DNA of 64,000 bases from Leucoraja ocellata (lineage: Eukaryota): contig JAWMAR010000481.1 in NCBI GenBank assembly GCA_036785375.1, forward strand, positions 1,178,001 through 1,242,000. The letters run 5' to 3'. Positions 39,752 through 50,399 of the stretch are shown here, in pieces. The position numbers and the translations under genes were made by a program. How positions within the stretch are numbered: the stretch's first letter is position 1; each line of letters opens with the position of its first letter. The notes under the pieces were generated by a model, which was given only the letters and a program-made list of their open reading frames with translations, was not told where the DNA came from and did no database searches.

Positions 39752-39759
39752 TATTTAAA
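39752..39759 (+). promoter_or_regulatory. TATA-like box of the VH promoter
   Basis: TATTTAAA ~90 nt upstream of the leader ATG; no octamer seen nearby, as expected for chondrichthyan VH promoters. Confidence 0.6.
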
Positions 39760-39848
39760 CAGCGCTGACTGCTGCTCCCGACAAAGCCGGCCTTGAGCTG
39801 AAGCCGCCCATTCCTGGAGTGTCCAAGTGTGTGTCAGTGCTCAGAGTG

Positions 39849-39894
39849 ATGGGGGTCGCTGCTTATCTCTGTCTCCTTCTGTCCTGTCTGCCAG
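39849..39894 (+). CDS. IgW (IgX) heavy-chain leader exon
   Basis: MGVAAYLCLLLSCLP+G, phase-1 donor G|GTGGGT; not in the ORF track. Confidence 0.92.
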
Positions 39895-40028
39895 GTGGGT
39901 GTCCCCCCGCGGCCGGCGGGCGGGCGGGCGGGCGTCACCCCCACTCGGGGCCGGGCTGCTTCTCGGACACTCTTTGACCCTCTGCCTCTTCAACTGTTTA
40001 TTCAACTTTGTTTCTCTTTTATTTGCAG

Positions 40029-40319
40029 GCGTTCGATCCGCGGTCGTGCTGAATCAGAAACCGACCGAGGTGGCAAAGCCCGGAGAGTCCCTCAAACTGA
40101 TCTGTGTAACCAGCGGGTTCACCCTCAACAGCTCCAGCGTGCATTGGGTGAAACAGGTCTCCGGGAAAGGGCTGGAGTGGGTGGGAATGATAAATAATGC
40201 TGCTGAATATTACGCGCCTGCCTTCAGCGGCCGATTCACTGTTTCCAGGGACAGCAGCAATGTCTATCTCCAAATGACCCGCCTGAGTCTGGCCGACACG
40301 GCTACCTATTACTGTGGGG
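40029..40319 (+). CDS. IgW VH exon (open frame)
   Basis: Acceptor TTTGCAG; GVRSAVVLNQKPTEVAKPGESLKLICVTSGFTLNSSSVHWVKQVSGKGLEWVG...RFTVSRDSSNVYLQMTRLSLADTATYYCG with canonical Cys, Trp, Cys. Confidence 0.96.
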
Positions 40320-40358
40320 CACAGTGAGAGGAAACGGGGCCGGGCCGGTACAACAACC
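40320..40358 (+). promoter_or_regulatory. 23-RSS 3' of V
   Basis: CACAGTG (40320-40326), 23-nt spacer, ACAACAACC (40350-40358). Confidence 0.93.
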
Positions 40359-40566
40359 CAGGGGAGAGAGAACCTGCCGTCAGCTCGGAGCCAAGCGCCG
40401 TGGGTGGATCTGGAGTCACGGGTCGATCAGAACCGGTGTCCGTCTCTGACACACGGTCAATGGTTGGGCGAGAAGAAACATCGATGAACAGAGAGAGACC
40501 TTGGGCTCCAAGTTGACAGTCGGACGTGCGGAGTAACTGGGCTCGGAGACAGTGAGAGAGGATGTG

Positions 40567-40594
40567 GGTTATTGTACGGCGGTGAATCACTGTG
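40567..40594 (-). promoter_or_regulatory. 12-RSS 5' of the fused DJ
   Basis: GGTTATTGT (40567-40575), 12-nt spacer, CACTGTG (40588-40594). Confidence 0.93.
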
Positions 40595-40643
40595 ACTATA
40601 TGAGACTACTGGGGTGCAGGAACCTCGCTGACAGTGACTTCAG
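40595..40643 (+). CDS. Pre-joined D-J segment (ACTATATGA + JH DYWGAGTSLTVTS)
   Basis: WGxG motif and donor CAG|GTAAGA; no 23-RSS before J; TGA at 40601-40603 is in the J frame. Confidence 0.88.
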
Positions 40644-40859
40644 GTAAGACCAATTCCTCAATTCCATTTTACCCAGTTGTGTTTTATTAATGTATGGTCT
40701 TTGCCAATTCTGTAATTGACCTGAACTCGGTGTGATATTTGGAACGGATTTCCCGGACACAGGCGGGTTTCTCCAGAGTTGGAATCTACCCAGCAACAGT
40801 ACATTTCCCACCACGTTGAACTGCCCCACAGGCTGTTCTTTCCCTGAGTCTCGCCATCA

Positions 40860-42140
40860 TCTGCCTTCAGTCCATCTTGTGCATGCCGACCAAGCTGGCT
40901 TTCTGGGCTCGGCCAATTGGCCACATATCCTTCTCATCCATATACCGGATTTTTCGTAATTCTATCTGCTTTTATAGTTTTCTCTGGCAACTCATTCCAG
41001 ATACTGCCTACCCAATGTGAATAAAAATGCCCCTGAAGTGCCCTTTTTAATCTCTCCCCACTCACCTTACGCCTGTGCCCTCTTGTTTTAGAAACCTCTA
41101 TCCTGGGGCAAAGCCTGTGAGCGTGCACCTTATCCATGCCCCTCATGATCTTGTTCACCTCAATAAAGTTACTGCCCAGTGTCCTTTGCCCCAAAGGGGA
41201 AAAAACCCACCTTATCCTCCCTCTCCCTAAAACAGAACCTCACATGTCCAGACAATATCTTGGTGAATCTTTTCCAAGTCCTTTCCAATATAATGACATC
41301 CTGTAGCTGTGTGACCAGAACTACACACAGTACTTACTCCAAGCGTGGTCTCACCAATGACTTATACAGCTGCATCATCATGTCCCAACTTTTATACGCA
41401 GTACCCTTCCCATTGAAGGCAGTCTGACAAAAGCCACCTCAGCTCCCTGTCCACCTAACTCGCCACTCTCAGCGAACCATGCCTCTGTATTTCCACATCT
41501 GTCTGTTCTACAACACCCTTCAGGCGCTACCATTTACTGTGTAAGTCCAGCCCTGGTTTGATCTACCACAGTTCAACACTCCCTCACTTGTCAGAGTTAA
41601 ATTCCATTTGGCATTCCTTGGCTCCCTTTCCCAACTGATCTTGATCTTATTGTAAACTTATCCCTCTCACTGTCCACTCATGCTCTGATTTTGGTGTCAT
41701 CTGCAAACTTACTATCAATGTCCACTATATTGTATGGCAAACTGTTAATGTAGATAACCAACAACAGTGGTCTCTGCACTGACCCCTGCAGTAGTCCACT
41801 TCCTCCAAGCTAATTTAGTTCATGTTGGGTTTCATGAGATCTAACCTTCCACACCAGCCCACCATGCCAGACCTTATTGAACCTTATCAGGTTCATGAGG
41901 CACAATTCCCCCAACACAAGCCATGCTGTCCCTAATCCTTGGCCCACCCTCCCAAATGATCTAGATCGTGTACATTTAGGACTATCCCTAATCAGTCCAT
42001 GTCTATCCAAATACGGGTAGTTCCTATCCCTAAGGACATTCCCACCAATGACGTCAAGCTCACTGGTGTAGATCCCTGGCTTGGCCCTAATGTCCTTCTT
42101 CAATTACGCGTCAGTATCAGCCACCCTCCAGTCTTTTGGA
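40860..42140 (-). mobile_element. Old, decayed CR1 in the J-C intron
   Basis: IEVNKIMRGMDKV...KTRGHRRKV...WVGSIWNELPE and TTTGCAGATGACACCAAAA (FADDTK) on the minus strand. Confidence 0.75.
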
Positions 42141-43425
42141 GATTAATCTGCCTGTTTCCACACTATTAATCTATGACGCTATGACTCCAGTACCTGCTCC
42201 CGCAAAGCGATCCCATCAAACACATCCAGGTCAGACAGAGCATGAGTCAAATGCAGAATAAATCTCCCCATGTCACTGTGCTGTCAGCTACAGATTAGAT
42301 ACAAAGTTCCATCTTCCTGTCCCAACACTCCCAGGGAAGGGACAGCACAGGTTAGACAAGGAGTGAGGCTCCATCCAACCTGTCTCCACACACACCCAGG
42401 GTACGGGTTAGTCACTGAGTGAAGTTCCCTCTACACTCTCTCCCAGGGCAGGGACTGAGTGTTTGACACAGAGTCAAGCTCCCTCTACATTGCTCTGTCA
42501 AACACTCCTTGTGTAAATGCTTCAGAACACAGAACATTCTCTAGATTGTAAATCACATTGATGCTGGTTCAAAAACAAAGGTTCACAATAATGAATGATT
42601 TGAAAGTAATGAGAGAATGTTGTACATGGTTCTACTGTAGATGTGGGGTTTAGTACACCAGGTTTTCGTTGCGTCTTGTATTGAATTTCAACATTTAGAG
42701 ATCCTTAGTAAGTCAATACCTTTTATTCTTCACTGTGAATTCACTGATGCGCATAGTTTAGATTCTGAGTCAAGTTGCTTGGTGTTTTTGACGTGGGTTT
42801 TGCTGCACAAAAGAGCTGCTTTTTCCCAGTTCACAGATGGAGGCACGGCTCAAATTTGCTGCCCTCCTCCGCCAGCCGACTGACTGGGTTTGTCCAACAC
42901 GTGCTTTGTTCCATTAACCAGGGCTGCTGGTGTCTCAGTGAATCTCAGTGATTGACAGAGCACCTTTCATGGTGTTCCCAAGCGCTTCACAGGCAGTGAG
43001 GCATGTTCACAATAGAGCCGTGTTGTAAAGGAGGGACTGTGGATCCACTCTGCACACAGCAGAATCGGCATACCGCTGGTGAGGGGAAAATGTTGTCCGA
43101 GCCACCACAGTTACAGTGATCCAATGGACGGGCATCAGGCTACAATCAGACCCCAGTTTAATTCCGCAACAACTGTGGAATTTAAACTTTGTTCGTAATC
43201 TGGGACAGATTGGACCAGTGTCAGATTTTCTTTTGTTAGTAACCTGGATTATGTGCACAAATCCACAGTAATGATGACCCCTCAGTTTCCCCGCTGTCCC
43301 TCAGAGGAGGAGATCTATTGTCCTTACCCAGTCGAGCCTATTTCTGACCCCTGACCCAGCAACGCAATTGGCACTAAATGCCCCCAGGATGGCAACCCAG
43401 ACGGGCAATTTATTGCCCCTTCTCA

Positions 43426-44455
43426 CCCCAGCACCCAGCTCCTCCCCCCAACACCCAGCTCCTCCCCCCAGCACCCAGCTCCTCCCCCCAGCTCCTCCCC
43501 CCAGCACCCAGATCCTCCCCCCAGCACCCAGCTCCTCCCCCCAGCACCCAGCTCCTCCCCCCAGCACCCAGCTCCTCCCCCCAGCACCCAGCTCCTCCCC
43601 CCATCACCCAGCTCCTCCCCCCAGCACCCAGCTCCTCCCCCCATCACCCAGCTCCTCCCCCCAGCACCTCCCCCCAGCTCCTCCCCCCAGCACCCAGCTC
43701 CTCCCCCCAGCACCCAGCTCCTCCCCCCAGCACCCAGCTCCTCCCCCCAGCACCCAGCTCCTCTCCCCAGCACCCAGCTCCTCCCCCCAGCACCCAGCTC
43801 CTCCCCCCAGCTCCTCCCCCCAGCACCCAGCTCCTCCCCTCAGCACCCGGCTCCTCCCCTCAGCACCCAGCTCCTCCCCCCAGCTCCTCCCCCCAGCACC
43901 CAGCTCCTCTCCCCAGCACCCAGCTCCTCCCCCCAGCACCCAGCTCCTCCCCCCAGCACCCAGCTCCTCCCCCCAGCACCCAGCTCCTCCCCCCAGCACC
44001 CAGCACCTCCCCCCAGCACCCAGCTCCTCCCCCCAGAACCCAGCTCCTCCCCCCAGCACCCAGCTCCTCCCCCCAGCACCCAGCTCCTCCCCCCAGCACC
44101 CAGCTCCTCCCCCCAGCACCCAGCTCCTCCCCCCAGCACCCAGCTCCTCCCCCCAGCACCCAGCTCCTCCCCCCAGCTCCTCCCCCCAGCACCCAGCTCC
44201 TCCCCCCAGCACCCAGCTCCTCCCCCAGCTCCTCCCCCCAACACCCAGCTCCTCACCCCAACACCCAGCTCCTCACCCCAGCACCCAGCTCCTCCCCCCA
44301 GCTCCTCCCCCCAGCACCCAGCTCCTCCCCCCAGCACCCAGCTCCTCCCCCAGCACCCAGCTCCTCCCCCCAGCACCCAGCTCCTTCCCCCAGCACCCAG
44401 CTCCTCCCCCCAGCACCCAGCTCCTCCCCCCATCACCCAGCTCCTCACCCCAGCT
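43426..44455. repeat. 20-bp C-rich/G-rich tandem array, ~50 units, in the J-CH1 intron
   Basis: Unit CAGCACCCAGCTCCTCCCCC with occasional 12-bp CAGCTCCTCCCC sub-units; explains the Pro/Gly-rich ORFs. Confidence 0.97.
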
Positions 44456-44809
44456 GCTAGTATGATGTGTTTTCCTGTCTCTGACCCACCTCCTGACCAC
44501 ATTAGGAACATTGATCCAAATTAAACTGCACTCACCACCTGCTGATCCCGGGATGGAAAACACTGTGAGCTACAAGTCTCGCCGCCTGATATCATTGATC
44601 CTCCTGCACGAAACACTCGACAGCTCAGGCAGCATCTGTGGGGAGAGAAGCAGAATCACCCTTTCACTTCAGTGCTCTATCATCAAACTCTTTCAGTACA
44701 GTTTCTGACAACCACTATTTCCACTTTTATTTGATGTTTTTTTATTTTGTTGAAGGTTTCCACAACCCCAGGACATCTCAAAGCATTTCCCAGCCCATTA
44801 ATAACTCAG

Positions 44810-45390
44810 AGACATGGAGTCATACAGCATGGAAACAGGCCCTTCAGCTCAGCTTGTGCAAGGCAGCCTGATGTTCCATGTATGCTAGTCCCACTTGCCC
44901 ATGTTTACCTCATGTCCTCTAATTTTCCTATCCATGTATCTGTCCAAGTGTTTTTTAAATGCTGTTATCGTACCTGCCTCAACTGTTTCCTCTGGCAGCC
45001 TGTTCCATATATCCACCACCCTGTGTATGAGAAAGTTCCCCACACATTCCCATTAAATCTTGTTCCTCACATCTTACACCTATATCTTGATTCCCCTATC
45101 CTGTGTAATAGACTGTGCATTCACCCTATCTATTCCCCTCATGATTTTATACACCTTTATAGGATCACTCTTCTGCCTTCTAGAGGTATAAAGGAGTAAA
45201 GTCCGAGCCTGCCCTACTTTTCCCTCCAGCTCAGGCCCTTGAGTCCTGGCAACATACTTGTGAAACTTCTCAGCACTCTTCTAGCCTAATGATATCTTTC
45301 CGAGAGTAGCTTGATGAAAACTCAACATTGTATTCCAAATTCAGCCTCACCGATTTCTTGTAACATTCTAGTATAACATCCAACTTCTGA
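44810..45390 (-). mobile_element. Decayed CR1 3' fragment
   Basis: CATACAGCATGGAAACAGGCCCTTC tail and CR1 C-terminal coding remnant. Confidence 0.75.
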
Positions 45391-46100
45391 ACAGTAAACC
45401 CTCATTATAACGGACCATGGTGTGGGGGGGATAGTATTCATTATTGCCGAATGTAGCTTTAAACAAGAAAGGTATTACCCGTATATGTAGTTGAAACAAA
45501 GAATGCAGATACTGGTTAATACACAAAAAGACACAAAGTGCTGGAGTAATTCAACTGGTCAGGGAGCATCTCTGGAGAACATCAATAGGTGAGGTGGGGA
45601 ATCTTCTTCAGACTGATTCAGTCTGCTGGGTTACTCAAGCACTTTGTGTTATTTCACCTTAAAACCAGGCGCCATTGTCTCTGCTCTGCACCAGCGAGTC
45701 CTTCTTCATCCACCGCACGGTCCGGTTACACGGCTGTGGTTGTGGCTCACAATGTAGCTTCTGACTGGCAGTGCTTTCTTCAGGCTTATAGATATAGATC
45801 TGGTTATAGATATGGTCCTTCTGGCACCATACCATGTGGTTCCTGACCTGGGACACATCACCCAGAGCACAGGCCGGTTTGTCCCTCTGGTTTGGCAGAT
45901 GTTGCTTCGCCAGTGTGAGATCAACATTTCACTGCTTGGTCATGCACGGTGTGAAAGGGAGTGGGAAAGGAACTATTTGTCTGCTCTGCCTGGCCTTCTC
46001 TCAGCCTGAATCACCTGCATGCAATCAGCATGAACCTGTTGCACGCGCTGGTAATAATCCATTTACAATAGAAACAACTGTTAATTTATTTCCATTTCAG

Positions 46101-46406
46101 AGGATGTGGTTTTGCCTTCAGTCCACATCACCTCTTCCTGCAACACGGAATCTGGCCAAGAGATCAGCATCCTCTGTCTGGTCAAGGACTACCTGCCTGA
46201 GATCATCAATCAGACATGGTCCACCAGCTGTGGGGTCATCAACGATGGAATCACAAATTACCCACCAGTGTTGGGACAAAACAACAAGTACACAATGAGC
46301 AGCTTGCTGCGAGTCCCTGTAGCAGATTGGAACAGGAAAACCTACTACTGCAAGGCAGGATCCAAGCCGGACAACATGGTAATAACGGCGTTCTCGAAGC
46401 TTCAAG
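46101..46406 (+). CDS. IgW CH1 exon
   Basis: Acceptor TTTCAG, donor G|GTTAGT; EDVVLPSVHITSSCNTESGQEISILCLVKDYLPEIINQTW...DWNRKTYYCKAG; includes the N-terminal light-chain-linking Cys. Confidence 0.96.
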
Positions 46407-46455
46407 GTTAGTGTGAGATTTTGTTGTCCATTTAAAGCTGATGATAGAACTAAAG

Positions 46456-46932
46456 TGTCCAAACCCTTAATAATCTTAATTAAACTCCAGGGTATACAAG
46501 CCCAGCCGCTCCATTCTCTCAGCACATGACAGTCCCGCCAATCAGGGAATTAACCTGATGAACCTACGCTGCACTCCCTCAATAGCAAGAATGTCCTTCC
46601 ACGCATTAGGGGACCAAAACTGCACACAATACTCCAGGTGTGGTCTCTACTAGGGCCCTGTACAACTGCAGAAGGACTTCTTTGCTCCTATACTCAACTC
46701 CTCTTGTTATAAAGGCCAACATGCCATTCGCTTTCTTCACTCCCTGCAGTACCTGCATGCTTATTTTCATTGACTGATGAACAAGGACCCCAAGATCCCA
46801 TTGTACTTCCCCATTTCCCAACTTGACCCAATTAAGATAGTAATCTGCCTTCCTATTTTTGCTACCTCACATTTATCCACATTAAACTGTATCTGCCATG
46901 CATCTGCCCACTCACCCAAACTGTCCAACTCA
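46456..46932 (-). mobile_element. CR1 fragment lacking both ends
   Basis: KANGMLAFITRGVEYRSKEVLLQLYRAL; stops at IIKGLDT with no 3' UTR or tail. Confidence 0.88.
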
Positions 46933-47173
46933 CCTGTAGATTGCCCTTTCCCTTTCATTGAAATGTCAGTGCCTGGATTATTTTTGAACTCATCTCCACA
47001 CTCTTTAAAGTATTGTCTGATCCTGGATAAAGTGAAGCAGTTTATCGTGGTCGGCATAATCTTATGCTGATAAATACTGAGGACACAGACTGGGAATATG
47101 TGAATCTCCTCTTTCCTCAACACGGGAGGTAAAAATCTCTTAACATTTAAATCAATTAATCTTCCATTTCCAG

Positions 47174-47349
47174 GTGGAGAATGTCCCGGCTGTTCGAAGT
47201 GTCTGCCGAAGTTCATCTACCAGAGTAATCTCAATGTGACATTCTCAGATGGTTCTACCCAGCAGTATCATTGTTGGGCAGGAAAGTGTGAAATAAAGCA
47301 ATTGGCTGCGTATGGAATTTGTCATTCTATTATTACTACCCATTTATAA
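47174..47349 (+). CDS. IgW short-form Cys-rich secretory tail exon
   Basis: Acceptor TTTCCAG; GGECPGCSKCLPKFIYQSNLNVTFSDGSTQQYHCWAGKCEIKQLAAYGICHSIITTHL*; matches the skate IgX tail as remembered; not in the ORF track. Candidate AATAAA at 47624-47629. Confidence 0.9.
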
Positions 47350-49239
47350 GATTCAAATCCAACCCCTGGTATCTACTGGGATCAAAGTGTACCAGAGTGG
47401 GGAAAATACCCAATTCAAGCTGTCTCCCTCTCCCTTCCATTAGTTGCCTGTATATTCATTCATTTGCAGACATTGTTGCTTCACATCCCAGTGCCACTGG
47501 CCAGATTTATTCATGCTCAGACTCTAGTCAGCAAGGACCACCCAGAGATCGAAAGGCAGGAGATGTTTAAGGTAAACGGTGTGAAATGTCAAAGTGGCTC
47601 AGTAAAAAATAGGATGACCCTATAATAAATGCAAACTGGTGAGGCAAGATCTAGGGCTCTAACCGGTCTCCTGTCCTATACTGGCTTTGGGTGAAAACCG
47701 TAGTTAGCACAAATTGCCACAGATTTATTAACCCACCTCCCGGACACAGACCTCAGTCCAAAGGAGAAACTCAGGGAATGCAAGGAATGTTGCAAGGAAT
47801 GGACGTGTTTGGTTATAATCATCTAAGGTTGAGCAAGACAAAATGTCTCTTGTGGAAGATACCAGCATTTGACAGGATGGAGAGTATCCATACTCTGCCA
47901 GGTTTCATAGGAGGCGGTTTCCCCCCGACACCGCGATGGTGGAACTACACGACTGTCACTGATATGGGACGGGATTGAGCATCTTGCAAACACACATGTT
48001 TAACAATATCACATTGCTGATTAAAACAAGATTCACAGAGCAAAAACATTGCACACTGTTAAACTAGACTTATAAATTTCTGATGACTCTGCAACAACTG
48101 TCATCCACACTAATACCATGCACATAACTATTTTTGAAAGGAATTTGCTCACCATTTTGCTTAAAGAAAGAGGGGTTGTGAAATAGACAACTTCTTACAT
48201 TGACAAATGTTATGTCTCCTGTCAGACAGACTCTGCTTTCTACGCAGCTGAAGGCTTTGATCTCCAGGCTCACTGAAAGTTTCAATTCTGACACAAACCT
48301 AATCACACTCCACAATAAGTGTTTAAGAGCAAAATCAGCTCATGTGGTCCAAGTGACTAAGTGTGTAAACAGTGCACACACAAGAGTGAGCTGAGTGCAA
48401 TTAGACTCATGACGCTGCTTCAGAAGACAAGTGGCAGTGCAGGTCAGTCAGGGGCAATGAATGAATAAATCATTCTCTTCCTCGCCCAATGATTCTGATG
48501 TGAAACGGGAAAATACATCTAATGCAGAATTTCATCCCAATCTGCAGCAGGAGAGGGACCTTGATACTTCTAACCATTTATGATTTGCTCTGCTGTCACT
48601 GGAGAGTCAGCCACTAATTTATTTCTGATCATTTCTATCAATTACTGAAATGCCTCAAAGTCTTCACTGGAGCACAGTCACACTAAACTGACACTAGTCT
48701 GTGGCTGAGTGAGTTTTGGTGTTTGTGGGCAACACTGCAACATGACACAGCAAGTGGTACAAAGGTGAAAGGAGTGCAGGCTTACGAGTGCCCTGAGCTG
48801 GAAGAATGACACCTTTACTGAAGGTTGTGTTTGTGGTGAAGGTTTCAGAGATGGTGAGACACATGGTCAGAGTAAGGCTGTGATATCAGCATGTGACATT
48901 CTAAACTGAGGGAATCCCAGGCTTGGCAGCCAGGGAAAAAAGTTGCTTTTCTCATTCATGTTGCTCAGTATTACTAATCGATGCAGCAGGAGTTCCAAGC
49001 AAAGCACATATCAAATTGTGCCCCTGTAATGTACCAGCTGATCATGGTGATGGGAAAGAGAGTCAAATCCCAGTTGACGGATCCTTTGTTCTGTTTTTTT
49101 CAGTCAAAACACTCAACCTGCTATTTAACACGAGTTTTTCTACTATTCTGTTTGCAATGAATCTAGCCAGTGTATAGTTTGATCTGCCATTGATCAGTCT
49201 TTTATGTGATGACATAAACATCTTAATGTTCTTTTATGA

Positions 49240-49495
49240 GACACCTGTTTGGATTTCTACGACCAGACCGGTGCTACGGCTCTTTGGGCGACTGAGGAGA
49301 ATACTCACGACCATACAGGTGACACCCTGCCGACATAGGTGAAGCCTGTATGGTCATGAGTAGTCGCCCAATGGTTCGTACCTTGTTCTGGTCGCCGCTG
49401 GATTTTCAACATGTTGAAAATTTTGGGCGACCTGCAACGACCTATGACGGTGGCCGGCAGTCGCTGAAAAAGTTGCGTAAGTGGGACAGGCCCTT
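49240..49495. mobile_element. Harbinger-like MITE fragment in the intron before CH3
   Basis: Right end TAAGTGGGACAGGCCCTTTA is the reverse complement of the same TIR type seen at 37241. Confidence 0.6.
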
Positions 49496-49550
49496 TAGTA
49501 ACAGATGAGTCTCAACTAAAATTCTGAACTTTTCCGTTTCTGATCCACAG

Positions 49551-49853
49551 CATTGGCCGTCTTCATTCAAAATCCTGGCATGAAAGAGATTTGGATCAAC
49601 AAGACCGCTACGCTGGTGTGTTCAGTGATCTGTAGTGATCCGAGCCAGGTCCATCTCACCTGGAAGGTGGGAGGAAAGGAGAGAAGTGAAGGAGTTATGA
49701 CCCGTACACCGAGCCATGAAGGCACCCAAAACCCTGTGACCAGTGAACTCCGGACCAGCGTCGAGGAGTGGACCAGCGGGGTGGAGTTTGTGTGCTTCGC
49801 CCAACAATCTTCATCATCCTCACCAGTGTCAGCGCGGACCAACCATAACAAAG
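49551..49853 (+). CDS. IgW long-form CH3 exon
   Basis: Acceptor CACAG, donor G|GTGGGC; IQNPGMKEIWINKTATLVC...VHLTW...EEWTSGVEFVC (C1-set Ig domain). Confidence 0.93.
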
Positions 49854-49894
49854 GTGGGCAACAGATCAGTGATTAAATGGGTGTGACAGATAGA

Positions 49895-50365
49895 GAGAGA
49901 GGGTACAGAGAGGATTTACAAGGATGTTGCCAGGGCTAGAGAGCTATAGGGAGAGGTTGAGTGGGCTGGGACTCTATTCCTTGGAGTGTCGGAGGATGAG
50001 GGAATATCTTATTGAGGTGTATAAAATCATGAGAGAAATAGATTGGATAGATGCACAGAGTCTCTTGCCCAGAGTAGGTGAATTGAGTACCAGAGGACAT
50101 AGGTTTAAGGTGAAGGGGGAAAGATTTAATAGGAATCTGAGGGGTAACTTCTTCACGCAAAGGGTGGTGGATGTATGAAACAAGCTGCCAGAGGAGGTAG
50201 TTGAGGCAGGGACTATCCTAACATTAAAAAAACAGACAGGGACAGGTTTTGAGGGACATGTACCAAACACGGCGGGAGAGACTAATGTAGCTGGGACATG
50301 TTGGCCGGGGTGGGCAAGTTGGGCTGAAGGGCCTGTTTCCACACTGTATCACTCTATGTCTCTAT
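49895..50365 (+). mobile_element. CR1 3' fragment
   Basis: MLPGLESYRERLSGLGLYSLECRRMR...NFFTQRVV. Confidence 0.88.
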
Positions 50366-50399
50366 GAGAGAGTTTAACATTTATTTTGCTCTGTTCCAG

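Noticed and set aside
40548-40554. GACAGTG heptamer-like sequence between V and DJ
   Set aside because: Lacks the essential CAC and a correctly spaced nonamer; not a D-segment RSS.
43301-44563. Long Pro-rich / Gly-Trp-rich ORFs (365 aa, 360 aa etc.)
   Set aside because: Artefacts of a stop-free 20-bp tandem repeat that is open in many frames.
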